From an uncultured Elusimicrobia bacterium (GTDB lineage: Bacteria > Elusimicrobiota > Elusimicrobia > 2-01-FULL-59-12), in the NCBI GenBank assembly GCA_963702895.1, contig OY969767.1, positions 1,120,001-1,184,000 of the forward strand: 64,000 nucleotides of DNA, read 5' to 3'. The stretch's first letter is position 1. Each line of letters begins with the position of its first letter. Shown here piece after piece: positions 37,590 to 47,421 of the stretch. The notes under the pieces were generated by a model. The model was given only the letters and a program-made list of their open reading frames with translations, was not told where the DNA came from and searched no databases. Made by a program: the position numbers and the translations under genes.

Positions 37590-38792
37590 TTAGAACTCTT
37601 CCAGATCCGGTACCCGCTGAAACGAAATTCGAGTGGGCGCGCCGTGCTGGGAGCTCTCGGGCATTCCCACCGAAAGCGTCCCTTTGCCGAACTTGGCGTT
37701 GATGCGGTCCATGGCCGTTCCCAAGTTTTCGCGCTGAGGATTGACGAGAAGCGAAAGCTGGTGGCAGCTTGCGGGAATAAGCTCCCGGAACGTGACAGAC
37801 ACGAGAAACGGGATGCCGCTGGGGCGCACTTTCCAGAGCTCCCGCAGCGCAGAGAGCGCGATGAGCGTGTCTTGCGTTTCTTCCAGGCGTGCTTCCTTTT
37901 CCCAGTACATATCCCCCAGATAACGAACCTGGGCCAGAAGGCGTCTCGCGTAGAACCCTTCTTTGCGCAGGCGAACCGCTGCTTTAACGAGGAGTTTCTT
38001 GATCACGCGCCAAGAGCCTTCTTCGGTGCGAAACTCCGGCTCCAGAACATGCTGGTGGCCTAAGCTCCGGTGGACCGATTCGGCCAGCCGAACGTCTTCC
38101 CCGCGCAGCCAGTCATGGAAGCGCCTTCCCACCACTCCTCCCCAGATGCCGGCCATGGCGCTCGAAGAAAGCTGGCAAAGAGCTTCTACCGTGGAAATGC
38201 CGCGTTCCTGGAGACGGCGCCCCATGCGGGGGCCAATCCCTGGGAAGTCCTGCAGCTTGAGCCCGTAGAGCGCCGCGGGAAGCTCTTCCTTCCGGAGCAC
38301 GGTCACGCCATTGGGCTTGTTCATGTCCGAGGCGACTTTGGCGAGAAACCGGTTGGGGGCCAGGCCCACCGAACAGGTCAGGAATTCCCCCACCTGATGC
38401 CGGAGCGCGGTTTTAATCTGTTCAACGAGCTGGAGCGCGTTCGGGAGCTCGCGCTGGGAACCGGAGAGTTCGCCGATCATCTCATCGATGGACATGATGG
38501 CGTCGATCGGCAGGTGGGCCCCTACGGCTTCCACGATCGCCTTGTGATAGAGGGTGTAGAGATCGTGGCGGGCGAGCACAAACGTAATGCCCGGGCAGCG
38601 CAGACGGGCCTCGGCGACGGAAGTGCCGGTTTTCACGCCAAACTTTTTGGCCTCGCGGCTGGCGGCGAGGCAACAGGTGGTCTCCGCGACAAGAGGGATA
38701 ACCCCTACAGGTTTTCCGCGCAACTCCGGTCGGGCCTGCTGCTCACACGACGCGAAGTAGCTGTCGAGATCCAAAAAGAACCATCGAATCAT
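37590..38792 (-). CDS. Y-family DNA polymerase (DinB-like)
   Basis: LDLDSYFASCEQ, SIDE, AKVASDMNKPNG, PGIG. Confidence 0.92.
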   Translation of the reverse strand: MIRWFFLDLDSYFASCEQQARPELRGKPVGVIPLVAETTCCLAASREAKKFGVKTGTSVAEARLRCPGITFVLARHDLYTLYHKAIVEAVGAHLPIDAIMSIDEMIGELSGSQRELPNALQLVEQIKTALRHQVGEFLTCSVGLAPNRFLAKVASDMNKPNGVTVLRKEELPAALYGLKLQDFPGIGPRMGRRLQERGISTVEALCQLSSSAMAGIWGGVVGRRFHDWLRGEDVRLAESVHRSLGHQHVLEPEFRTEEGSWRVIKKLLVKAAVRLRKEGFYARRLLAQVRYLGDMYWEKEARLEETQDTLIALSALRELWKVRPSGIPFLVSVTFRELIPASCHQLSLLVNPQRENLGTAMDRINAKFGKGTLSVGMPESSQHGAPTRISFQRVPDLEEF

Positions 38793-38947
38793 ACATATGA
38801 ATGATAGCAGATGAAGGGAGCCCGGTCACGGGCTGTGATCGGTTGGGATTTCCCCCCTCCTTCGTGGAGGACCTTTAGGCCGGGGGGTGTAGGCCTGACG
38901 GATTCAAGGGACTTCTGTCAGAGGGAGCGCCGCGCCCTGAGCCGCTC

Positions 38948-39145
38948 TTAGGCCGCAGGCGGCTTGGGGACAGGCGGTTCGGCGGTGAGCGTGGCGGTGG
39001 CCTGTTTTTCCGTGATAATCGCTTTTAACCGAAAGGCCAAGTCGACGGCCCGCCGGAGCGTCTTTTCGTCTGCGCTCGCCCTTTCACCGGCAATCACGCC
39101 AGCTAAAATAGTCGCCGACAACTTCGCTATTTCGTTTTCATCCAT
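38948..39145 (-). CDS. Small hypothetical protein
   Basis: GAGGAGGTG RBS; plausible helical protein. Confidence 0.6.
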   Translation of the reverse strand: MDENEIAKLSATILAGVIAGERASADEKTLRRAVDLAFRLKAIITEKQATATLTAEPPVPKPPAA

Positions 39146-39256
39146 AGAAACACCTCCTCATGTCTTCCTACACATGATTCATCCATCTCTGGCTATCTGG
39201 ATAACGGGATCCGCGCGAAGGGCGCAAGGCCTACGCCCAGGCCGTCGATGGAGCGT

Positions 39257-39463
39257 TTAGACCTTCCGGACATTGGCCGCTTTGGGCCCCTTATCGCTCG
39301 ACTGCACATCAAACTCGATCCGATCGCCTTCCGCTAAACTTTTCGCACCCTCGCCCTGGATGGCCGAGGAATGCACAAACACATCCTTCGCGCCATTATC
39401 CGGCGTCACAAATCCAAATCCCTTCGCATCGTTGAACCATTTAACTTTGCCTGTCTGACTCAT
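39257..39463 (-). CDS. Cold-shock protein (CspA family)
   Basis: [41 protein letters not shown]. Confidence 0.97.
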   Translation of the reverse strand: MSQTGKVKWFNDAKGFGFVTPDNGAKDVFVHSSAIQGEGAKSLAEGDRIEFDVQSSDKGPKAANVRKV

Positions 39464-39890
39464 GGGTTGTTTCTCCTTTGTATTCGATCGTAAAGTGGTA
39501 GTAAAGCTTGACCCCGCAGGCCATACGGGGGTCCATGTAGGAGCCCGCCTGGCAAATGGCAAGCCCCTCATGGGACTCCTTGGATGAATTCACGGCGTCT
39601 TGAAGGACTTCGGTCAAATGGAATTGTCCGTTGCCGCATGTACTGGGGCACGGAATTTGGAGTGTCAAGGGCTCATCAAGATTAAACATACGTGAATCCT
39701 GTCCGAGGGGAAGGCCAGAAGGCCCTTCCATGCGGATCGCGAGTTGCAGATGGCTGATCTGTGGAAATCTCTGACTCAGCGTTTCCGCATGATCCCGTGC
39801 GAGTTCGGCTTTTTCGTGACGAACCGCGCGCAGCTCATTTTTACTGGGTCCATGGCGGGCTCGCCGCTTACGATAGGATTTTGGAGGCAT
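39441..39890 (-). CDS. Hypothetical Cys-motif protein
   Basis: [10 protein letters not shown] and C..C pattern suggest metal binding; basic N-terminus. Confidence 0.65.
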   Translation of the reverse strand: MPPKSYRKRRARHGPSKNELRAVRHEKAELARDHAETLSQRFPQISHLQLAIRMEGPSGLPLGQDSRMFNLDEPLTLQIPCPSTCGNGQFHLTEVLQDAVNSSKESHEGLAICQAGSYMDPRMACGVKLYYHFTIEYKGETTHESDRQS

Positions 39891-39905
39891 TCGTGAACGG
39901 CCGGC

Positions 39906-40175
39906 TTAGCCGCGCATGGGCACGGGCGGCCTTTTCTTAGATTTCGGAGGCGGGAGGCAGATGCAGCCCGTAAAGCCGCAGCCGATGCAGCAATAGACTT
40001 TCTTTTCGATATGAAAACCCTTGGTGGTGGCCCATCGGGATTTTCGCAACTGGCAGTTCCGACACTTTCTCATTGGCCATTGTACCACTTTCTGACGCGC
40101 CTCGTCCGAATCAGGCCGGCCGTCACTGGCCGGAGTTTCGTGCTCCGTCGGAAGAGGAAGCCTCCCTTGAGCCAA
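39906..40175 (-). CDS. Small Cys-rich (metallothionein-like) hypothetical protein
   Basis: CRNC, YCCIGC, GCIC. Start uncertain. Confidence 0.55.
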   Translation of the reverse strand: MAQGRLPLPTEHETPASDGRPDSDEARQKVVQWPMRKCRNCQLRKSRWATTKGFHIEKKVYCCIGCGFTGCICLPPPKSKKRPPVPMRG

Positions 40176-40307
40176 AGATGAAGCCTCTCGGCAGAACGAT
40201 TGAGCAGGGGGCGCAAAAAGATTAGGTGTCTAACGGGGCGGTTGTCACATCGATCTGGACCGGATTGTGCGAAACTCGAGAACAAGTCCAAGGTCGCATG
40301 CGCCGCC

Positions 40308-41387
40308 TTAACGGGTCGACCGGTTCCAGAGACGTTCGAACTCCCGTTTGAAGCGAGGCGCCTGGTCATCGAGTACCACGAAGTTCTCATCGTTTCTTTG
40401 GGTCGCATTAGACGTCCAGTTAAAGCTCCCCGTGAGGACGTATCGGTCATCAAGAATAAGGAATTTGTGGTGCAGGATGCCTCCTTTGCTGCCCCGCTGG
40501 ATGCGTATGGGAATGCCGGCACTGCGCAAAAGATCGCTGACATCACGCTTTCCTGCGGCTTGCGTTTTGTCGTGGACGACGCGCACCTTCACGCCGCGGA
40601 GTTTCGCCTGGACCAGAGCCCTGGCGATCTTTTCATCGGTGAGGCCATAGATGGCGCCGTCAAGCGACTTTTCGGCTGAGGCAATCCAGGACGTCATGAC
40701 TTGGTCGCAGTGCCCGAGCGGACTAAAACACGTGTCAAGGGTCCTGGCTGCCAGCGGCAGAGCCACCAGGGTCAGCCCCGTGGCGAGAACCAGGCATGCG
40801 GCTCTCCTGGCTGTCCGCTTTTTCAACATCCAGAGGGCCAGGACGAGGTAAACCGCGGCCAGCGCTGCGTAGTTGGAGAGCATGAAGGTTTTGTTACCCC
40901 AGGAGGTGCCTTCATAAAACGGTGTCGGGAACGGCCAGAGGTAAGGCGTTGCAAAAAAACGGCTGGAGTGGGTCGGTATATCGCCCAGGATATGGAGGGC
41001 CCAGGCACCCAGCGGCATCAGTGACCGTAACGGAGTAACGGGGTAACGGGGTAACGGAGTCACGTCATTTTGTAATTGCTCTGACCCCGATACTCCGGTA
41101 CTCCGATACTCCGATACGGCCCAAAGTACTGCAAAGACGGCGGCCCACACCACCAAGCTGTGCGTGACATCGTAGGCATGATACACGTACGCGGGGATCG
41201 TGCTGGGGTCCGGCGGGCCGTGGCGGCCCTTCGCCCAGCGCTCACCGATATCACCCAAATGGGTCAGAAAGAAGGGGCCGAAAGATAAGAGGTCCGGTGC
41301 CACACCTGCGAGGAACGCCTGCTTCCAGCGCTTCTGGCAGAGTCCGAAGGCGGCCCCACCCCACAGTCCATGAGCTAGCGTGTCCAT
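40308..41387 (-). CDS. Fusion of a membrane-bound metal-dependent hydrolase-like domain and a PLD/Nuc-family domain
   Basis: N-terminal MDTLAH, APDL, THSL, LHILGDIPTH; C-terminal FSP, LHHKFLILD, TGSFNWT, NDEN. Confidence 0.8.
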   Translation of the reverse strand: MDTLAHGLWGGAAFGLCQKRWKQAFLAGVAPDLLSFGPFFLTHLGDIGERWAKGRHGPPDPSTIPAYVYHAYDVTHSLVVWAAVFAVLWAVSEYRSTGVSGSEQLQNDVTPLPRYPVTPLRSLMPLGAWALHILGDIPTHSSRFFATPYLWPFPTPFYEGTSWGNKTFMLSNYAALAAVYLVLALWMLKKRTARRAACLVLATGLTLVALPLAARTLDTCFSPLGHCDQVMTSWIASAEKSLDGAIYGLTDEKIARALVQAKLRGVKVRVVHDKTQAAGKRDVSDLLRSAGIPIRIQRGSKGGILHHKFLILDDRYVLTGSFNWTSNATQRNDENFVVLDDQAPRFKREFERLWNRSTR

Positions 41388-41394
41388 AGTGCCA

Positions 41395-41622
41395 GTATCG
41401 GAGTAACGGGGTATCGGGGTATCGGCGTAACAGCAGGTTGTGTGTAATAGAGCAACAGCGTAACAGCTGTATCGGAGTCCTGGGGTGTCCGGGCATTGTA
41501 GTGATGGGGAAACGGTGTAACGATATTGGGCAAGGGCTCAGTCCGAAGAAAAATCTGGTTTCCAGAATTTATCTGGTTGTTGGTGTGACCCCGGTACTCC
41601 GCTACTCCCATACACCGATACT
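41395..41622. repeat. Intergenic octamer tandem-repeat arrays (TCGGRGTA family)
   Basis: gtatcggagtaacggggtatcggggtatcggcgtaa ... ccccggtactccgctactcccatacaccgatac. Confidence 0.75.
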
Positions 41623-41626
41623 AGCT

Positions 41627-41953
41627 TTAGCCGCCGCCGGTCCGCCGCGACATATTAAACTTCGGCACGGTGATCTGGGTATGTTTCTGACCGGATGGCT
41701 GAGCGCCCTGAGGTGGTTTGTGGGAGGTGCCGGACGGTGGGGCTTTGGCCGCCTCCGCCTTTTCCTGTTCGGCTTTTGCGGCGGCTGCTTTTTCCCCTTC
41801 CTGCCATTTCTTCTCGAGATGGTCATGGGTCACGGCGGCGTCTTTTTCTTCGTGGCACTTCTTATATTTCTTACCCGACTTGCAATGGCAAGGATCGTTT
41901 CTCCCCGGCAACTGAGCGGGTGGTGCATACGCGTCTGATTTTTTTCCGAACAT
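41627..41953 (-). CDS. SEC-C motif protein
   Basis: GRNDPCHCKSGKKYKKCH; AAGGAGG RBS. Confidence 0.88.
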   Translation of the reverse strand: MFGKKSDAYAPPAQLPGRNDPCHCKSGKKYKKCHEEKDAAVTHDHLEKKWQEGEKAAAAKAEQEKAEAAKAPPSGTSHKPPQGAQPSGQKHTQITVPKFNMSRRTGGG

Positions 41954-42004
41954 CGCTTCCTCCTTGTTGTCTCCCCGGCGAAAGCCGACCCTCCACACAC
42001 CCGG

Positions 42005-42085
42005 CGGTCCGTCCGCCCTGCCGTGTGGCGGACGGGGTCTATCATGATGGATCCCCCGCTGACGGCCGCGGGGGATGACATCCTG
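42005..42085. repeat. REP-like hairpins
   Basis: ccgtccgccctgccgtgtggcggacgg and ggatcccccgc...gcgggggatgac. Confidence 0.65.
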
Positions 42086-42089
42086 GGGG

Positions 42090-43088
42090 TTAAAGGTTGA
42101 TTTTACGAATTTTGATGCCGGCCTCTATCAGCAGCTTTTGTGCGGGACCGGCAAGCGGATAGTCCTGATTATAGACGACCTCGATGACCCCTGCGTTGAT
42201 GATCATTTTGGTGCACAAGAGACAGGGGCAAAAGGTGGTATAGAGCGTTGATCCTTTGATCGAAATTCCATGATAGGCTGCCTGGACGATGGCGTTTTCT
42301 TCGCCATGGGAACAGTAACAATCTCCCAAGCCTTGTCCCGAGGGCCCCACGGCATTACAGCGAGGGCACCCGCCTTCAAAACAGTTCTTCGTATTGCGCG
42401 GTGTGCCGTTGTATCCGGTCGAGATGATTCGACCGTCTTTGACGATGAGCGCTGCGACCTTTCGTTTTAAACAGTTTCCGCGGCTGGCGACATGACGCGC
42501 GATATGCATGAAATAACGATCCCAGGACGGGCGCTTCACGTTCTTTAAGACCTGCTTGAGGCGCTCCGTGAGTGCCTTCTCAAGCTGCCTTAGGGTGCCA
42601 TTGTTCGTGATCATGGTGTCCGCCAGGCGTTCGCAGGCGTCGAGGGACTGTTTGTGGGGGTCCGTGTTACTCGCTTCTCGTTTTTCGACCGCCATAAATT
42701 CTTTCAGGGTGCGGGGGTCTTGTTCCCGGGCTCTGACTTTGATTCGTTTGAGGCGCAGGTCCGGCTTGGCGGTGATGGCCCAAAGCGCAAAGTCCGGGCG
42801 CTTACGGAAGGCTTCCACTTCCGCGGGATTGCGGAAAGAGTCAACGACATAATTCTGGCTCTCTACGAGCTTCTCCAGAATACGTTCGGCCAAAAGAGAA
42901 GGACCGTATTGTTCACGCAGTTCATTGCCGACCCGCGTCAGGTGAGCTCGTGTGGGGGTCAGGTGCTTGCGCTTGAGCTCGTCCCGCAAGACATCCGAAA
43001 GAGAGTGATAGTGAAAACCGCGCGATTGCAGGAAGCGGGCGACTTCCCCCTTTCCAGATGCGTTCTTTCCTGTCAAACCAATGATCAT
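42090..43088 (-). CDS. P-loop kinase-like domain fused to dCMP deaminase
   Basis: IIGLTGKNASGKG; RPSWDRYFM, GYNGTP, HGEENAI, PCLLC. Confidence 0.9.
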   Translation of the reverse strand: MIIGLTGKNASGKGEVARFLQSRGFHYHSLSDVLRDELKRKHLTPTRAHLTRVGNELREQYGPSLLAERILEKLVESQNYVVDSFRNPAEVEAFRKRPDFALWAITAKPDLRLKRIKVRAREQDPRTLKEFMAVEKREASNTDPHKQSLDACERLADTMITNNGTLRQLEKALTERLKQVLKNVKRPSWDRYFMHIARHVASRGNCLKRKVAALIVKDGRIISTGYNGTPRNTKNCFEGGCPRCNAVGPSGQGLGDCYCSHGEENAIVQAAYHGISIKGSTLYTTFCPCLLCTKMIINAGVIEVVYNQDYPLAGPAQKLLIEAGIKIRKINL

Positions 43089-43098
43089 ATGAGGTTGA

Positions 43099-43190
43099 GC
43101 CGGCGAGTCGGCGAGTCGGCGAGTCGGCGCAAGAACGATCCAAGCGGTCTCCCACATTCCGCCGGTTCGCCGGTTCGCCAGTTCACCGTT
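43099..43190. repeat. Intergenic octamer inverted array (CGGCGAGT / TTCGCCGG)
   Basis: cggcgagt x3 ... cgccggtt x2-3 between pheT and the deaminase gene. Confidence 0.8.
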
Positions 43191-43209
43191 TCCCTTTGTC
43201 TTCGGAACG

Positions 43210-45603
43210 TCATTGCCGGAGCTTCGCCTCACATTTCTTTTCGAGATCGTCAATCATGCGCTGCACCATCTTATCAACATCCGCGTCGCTTAAAGTCTTT
43301 TCCTTGTTGCGGAAGAGCATGGACACGGTGAGTGATTTCTTGCCAGTCCCAATCTTTTCTCCGCTAAAGAGATCAATGAGCGCCAAGGACTCCAAGTCCT
43401 GGCCTCCGGCCACACGGAGCGTCTTGGCGATCCTCTCATAGGGGCAAGCCTCAGGAACGACCATCGAAAGATCGCGTTTGACCGGCGGAAAGGGGCTCAG
43501 CGCCTTGTATTCGATCTGCTCGGGCTCCGCTTCAAGAAGGGCCTGGACGTCCAGTTCCCCCATCACGACACGTTCATCGGTCCCGAGCGCGACGGCGAGC
43601 TCTGGATGCAGCTCGCCGAACCACCCCAGGGCGCGTGAACCTCGAAGGATTGTCGTCGAGCGCTTGGGATGGAAAAGCGGCGATCGAAGGCTGGTCCATT
43701 GGACGTTCGAAATGTGAAGCGTCGACAGCAACGACTCGATCGTCCCGGAAAGGTCAAAGAAATCGGCTGTTTTCTTCTTCCGGCGCCAATGGGCGGATTG
43801 AATCTCCCCCGCGATCACAAAAGCCAGTCTTCGCTGTTCCTGGCGTCCTTCCTGGTCATGATAAAACACACGGCCCAGCTCGAAAAACTGTGCACCGGCG
43901 TTTTGCCGCCGGAAGTTGAGGAGAACGCTTTCCAGAAGCGCAGGCAAGAGGCTTGTCCGCAGCACCGCTTGCTCTTGGGAGAGAGGATTGGCGATGGCGA
44001 TCGCTTTCGAATCGGCTTTGGTGCCGAGAGGTGGCGTAAAAGGTTGGGCTTGTTTGAGGCTTAAAAAGCTTGTATTGCAGGCTTCCAAATAGCCTAGCCC
44101 GGCGAGCCGTGTCGCCAGTTTCCGTTCAAAACTCCAGAACTTGTCGTCGGGGATAGAGGTTTGCCGGATGAGAGGGCTTTCTGTCGGGATATGCTCATAA
44201 CCATAGAGGCGCGCGATTTCCTCAAGGAGATCCGCCTCCAGCGTGAGGTCAAAACGCCAGGATGGAACACTCACATGGAGCTGGGCCGTTCCGATACTGA
44301 TCACACATCCGAGCTTCCGGAGGAGGTCCGCGGCGACCGACTCGCGGATGTCGAGGCCAAGAAACGTCTTGATGCGCGCGGTCCTGAGTTTGATGGAAAG
44401 GGGCACCGGAGGCGAAGCGGAAACATCCAGGGGTCTTGTGCCCAGGCCGCCCGCCAAGTCTTGGATGAGTTGCGCCGCGCGGCGCGAAGCGAACATCACC
44501 ATTTCATAATCGCTCCCACGCTCAAACCGGTAGGAACTCTCCGTTTTGATGCCCAGCGTTTTGGACGTGCGCCGTACGAGGGCTGGCACAAAAGCGGCGC
44601 TTTCAAGAACGATCTCGGTCGTCTCCGCGGAGACGGACGAAATCTCGCCACCGATGATCCCCGCCAGTGCCGCTGGTTTCTTCTCATCTGCGATGACGAG
44701 CATGCTCTCTTCGAGCGGTGTGTTTTTGCCTTCGAGGGTGAGGAGTGTCTCGCCGGCGGCGGCTTTGCGGACGCGGATTTGCCGTCCTTCCAGGCGCAGC
44801 GCATCGAAGACATGCAGGGGTTGGCCCAGCTCATGCATGACATAGTTGGAGATGTCGACGAGATTGTTAATGGAGCGGTAGCCGCAGCGCGTGAGGCGCC
44901 GGACCATCCATTCCGGGGATGGACCTACGCGCACGTCTCGGAAGTATCGCGCGACATACCTCGGACACAGGTCCTGGACTTCATTGATGATGCTGACGGT
45001 TGCCGTGGCAAGGTCCAATTCACGCGAGCGAGGTTCGAGGTGTTTGAGCGGCAAATTGAGACCCGCGGCCAGCTCTCGAGCGACACCCAAGACGCCTAAG
45101 GCATCACGCCGGTTCGGTGTGACTTCCAATTCGATCAGGGCGTCGTTGAGTTCGAGAAGGGGTCGTACATCCTGCCCTAGGTTGGTGTCTTCAGGGAGGA
45201 CGAGAATGCCGTCTGAAGAAGCGGCGAGACCCAGCTCCTGGGCTGAACAGATCATGCCTTGAGACTCGACACCGCGGATTTTAGCCGCGTGGAGGGTTTC
45301 GCCATCCGGGAGTATTGCGCCAACACGCGCGAAGGCAACTTTCTGCCCCGTGCGAACATTCGGCGCACCACAGACGACCGAAAACTCCGCCTGACCATCC
45401 CAGACCTTGCAGAGAGACAGACGATCGGCATGGGGGTGTTTGGCGCATTCTTTGACCAGCCCGGACACGACCCCCGAAAGCTTGCCACCAAATTTGTAAA
45501 CATTCGCAATTTCAAAGCCCAGGCGTTCCAGAGTGGCGGCCGTGTCCTCTGGCGAGATTTCCAGCGGCACAAAGTCTTTGAGCCAGTTGTAGAGGACCTT
45601 CAT
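43210..45603 (-). CDS. pheT: Phenylalanine--tRNA ligase beta subunit
   Basis: VVCGAPN, RGVESQGMICS, TPNRRD, YRFERG, EEIARLYGY, FPPVKRD. Confidence 0.97.
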   Translation of the reverse strand: MKVLYNWLKDFVPLEISPEDTAATLERLGFEIANVYKFGGKLSGVVSGLVKECAKHPHADRLSLCKVWDGQAEFSVVCGAPNVRTGQKVAFARVGAILPDGETLHAAKIRGVESQGMICSAQELGLAASSDGILVLPEDTNLGQDVRPLLELNDALIELEVTPNRRDALGVLGVARELAAGLNLPLKHLEPRSRELDLATATVSIINEVQDLCPRYVARYFRDVRVGPSPEWMVRRLTRCGYRSINNLVDISNYVMHELGQPLHVFDALRLEGRQIRVRKAAAGETLLTLEGKNTPLEESMLVIADEKKPAALAGIIGGEISSVSAETTEIVLESAAFVPALVRRTSKTLGIKTESSYRFERGSDYEMVMFASRRAAQLIQDLAGGLGTRPLDVSASPPVPLSIKLRTARIKTFLGLDIRESVAADLLRKLGCVISIGTAQLHVSVPSWRFDLTLEADLLEEIARLYGYEHIPTESPLIRQTSIPDDKFWSFERKLATRLAGLGYLEACNTSFLSLKQAQPFTPPLGTKADSKAIAIANPLSQEQAVLRTSLLPALLESVLLNFRRQNAGAQFFELGRVFYHDQEGRQEQRRLAFVIAGEIQSAHWRRKKKTADFFDLSGTIESLLSTLHISNVQWTSLRSPLFHPKRSTTILRGSRALGWFGELHPELAVALGTDERVVMGELDVQALLEAEPEQIEYKALSPFPPVKRDLSMVVPEACPYERIAKTLRVAGGQDLESLALIDLFSGEKIGTGKKSLTVSMLFRNKEKTLSDADVDKMVQRMIDDLEKKCEAKLRQ

Positions 45604-46695
45604 TTAAAACTGCTCCAGAAACCGGGTGTCATTTTCGTAGAAAAGCCGCAGGTCACTCACCCCGTATTTGATGAGCGCCATGCGTTCGATCCCCACGCCA
45701 AAAGCGAATCCGGAATACTTCTCAGGGTCAATGTTGACACCCGAAAGAACCTTGGGGTTCACCATGCCCGCGCCTAGGAGCTCAATCCATCCCATCCCTT
45801 TGCACGTGGCACATCCCGCACTGCCGCAGATCCAGCAGGAGACATCCATCTGGGCGGAGGGTTCGGTAAAGGGAAAGAACGAAGGCCGGAAACGCGTCTT
45901 GACGCTGGGAGAAAAAAAGAGCTGTGCAAAACGGTCCAACGTCCCTTTGAGGTCCGCGAAGGAAACATGCTCATCGACGAGCAAACCTTCCATCTGATGA
46001 AAGACGGCCAAGTGCGTCGCATCCTGGGCTTCATGCCGATACACACGCCCAGGGCAGACAATCGCGATGGGCGGCGGATACTTCTGCATGAGCCGCACTT
46101 GGACCGGCGACGTGTGCGTGCGCAGAAGCGATGGGGGCTCCGTGCTGGGTGAGCCGTGTTCGGGAAAGAGGATTTGTTGTGAACCCTGGCCGGGCCCTTG
46201 GGCCAGGTAGAACGTGTCTTGCATGTCACGTGCGGGATGGTCGGCCGGGACATTGAGCGCCTCGAAGTTATAAAAATCATTTTCCATCTCCGGGCCATCG
46301 GCGCAAACGAACCCGAGGGAGCGGAAAATGGAGACCAGGGAGTCCATCACCTGCAAAAGCGGGTGAAGATGGCCGTAGGATTTCGGTGTGCCCGGAAGCG
46401 ACGTGTCCAAGGTGTCCGTCTCTAACGCTTTGGCCCTTGCCTGAGAGGTTAAATCCCGCTCTTTGCTCGTGAACAGATCTTCCAGGCTGGTTTTGAGACT
46501 GTTGAGCTCTGGACCGTAACGCTTCTTTTCATCGATCGTAAGGTTTCCGAGTTGTTTGAGAAGCAGGGTGAGGCGGCCCTCCTTGCGTCCGAGCCAGTGA
46601 ATGCGCAGTTCTTCGAGCGCGTCGAGTGAGCGCACTTTGTTCAGGTGGTCCTGGGCTTCTTTGAGGAGCGTCTGGGGGTCGGGGAATCGGCTCAT
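45604..46695 (-). CDS. pheS: Phenylalanine--tRNA ligase alpha subunit
   Basis: HPARDMQDTF, LRTHTSPVQ, FPFTEPS, GFAFGVGIER. Confidence 0.97.
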   Translation of the reverse strand: MSRFPDPQTLLKEAQDHLNKVRSLDALEELRIHWLGRKEGRLTLLLKQLGNLTIDEKKRYGPELNSLKTSLEDLFTSKERDLTSQARAKALETDTLDTSLPGTPKSYGHLHPLLQVMDSLVSIFRSLGFVCADGPEMENDFYNFEALNVPADHPARDMQDTFYLAQGPGQGSQQILFPEHGSPSTEPPSLLRTHTSPVQVRLMQKYPPPIAIVCPGRVYRHEAQDATHLAVFHQMEGLLVDEHVSFADLKGTLDRFAQLFFSPSVKTRFRPSFFPFTEPSAQMDVSCWICGSAGCATCKGMGWIELLGAGMVNPKVLSGVNIDPEKYSGFAFGVGIERMALIKYGVSDLRLFYENDTRFLEQF

Positions 46696-46699
46696 GGTT

Positions 46700-46778
46700 T
46701 AGTCGTCCCCGCGACAGCGGGGATCTACGGATATATTACCAAAGACGTGAAGGATTCCCGCGTGCGCGGCAGTGACAT
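46700..46778. repeat. REP doublet (GTCNTCCCCGCG family)
   Basis: gtcgtccccgcgacagcggggatcta ... ggattcccgcgtgcgcggcagtgac. Confidence 0.7.
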
Positions 46779-47141
46779 TCAGGCAGAAACAACGGCGGCT
46801 TTGGCGGTTTCGGCGAGTTGTTGGAAAGCTTTGGGGTCGACGACCGCGAGTTCCGCGAGCACTTTGCGATCGAGCACCACGCCTGCTTTTTTCAAGCCAA
46901 AAATGAACTGACTGTAAGACAAGTTGTTCAACCGAGCGGCCGCATTGATGCGCTGGATCCAGAGCGCGCGGAATTCCCCTTTGCGGTCTTTCCGGCCAAC
47001 ATAAGCGAACCGCAGCGAACGCTCCACCTGCTGCACAACCTGACGCCAGCGGCTGCGCTTCGAATAATAGTAGCCTTTGGCGATACGAAATGTTTTCTTT
47101 TTTCGTTGGCGCGTGGTGACGCCGCTTTTGACTCGTGCCAT
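46779..47141 (-). CDS. rplT: 50S ribosomal protein L20
   Basis: MARVK, AKGY, FRALWIQRINAAAR, LDRKVLAELA. Confidence 0.97.
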   Translation of the reverse strand: MARVKSGVTTRQRKKKTFRIAKGYYYSKRSRWRQVVQQVERSLRFAYVGRKDRKGEFRALWIQRINAAARLNNLSYSQFIFGLKKAGVVLDRKVLAELAVVDPKAFQQLAETAKAAVVSA

Positions 47142-47147
47142 AAGAGA

Positions 47148-47345
47148 TTACCTGTAAGGAATGAGGGTTTTGATGACGTCCCCATCCACCTTGTTGAGAT
47201 AGCGCGCTTTGCGCATTTGTCTTCCTCGCCCGGAATCCATGCCGGTTAAAAGGTGGCGAAGGCCAGGCTTCTTATGCTTCACCTTGCCTGTGGCCGAGAC
47301 CGAAAATCGTTTGGCGACCCCGCGATGCGATTTTATTTTTGGCAT
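47148..47345 (-). CDS. rpmI: 50S ribosomal protein L35
   Basis: MPKIKSHRGVAKRFSVSATGK...HLL. Confidence 0.95.
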   Translation of the reverse strand: MPKIKSHRGVAKRFSVSATGKVKHKKPGLRHLLTGMDSGRGRQMRKARYLNKVDGDVIKTLIPYR

Positions 47346-47355
47346 ATTTCCTTTC

Positions 47356-47416
47356 GTCGTCCTCCGCCGGAAGCGGGGAAACCCTGGATCCCCGATTGAG
47401 GCGCGCGGGGAGGACC
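47356..47416. repeat. REP doublet between infC and rpmI
   Basis: gtcgtcctccgccggaagcgggg ... ggatccccg...cgcggggaggac. Confidence 0.6.
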
Positions 47417-47421
47417 TTCGG

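Noticed and set aside
38810..38945. Possible 6S RNA or riboswitch upstream of the Y-family polymerase
   Set aside because: GC-rich local hairpins only; no consensus I could confirm. An Rfam scan would settle it.
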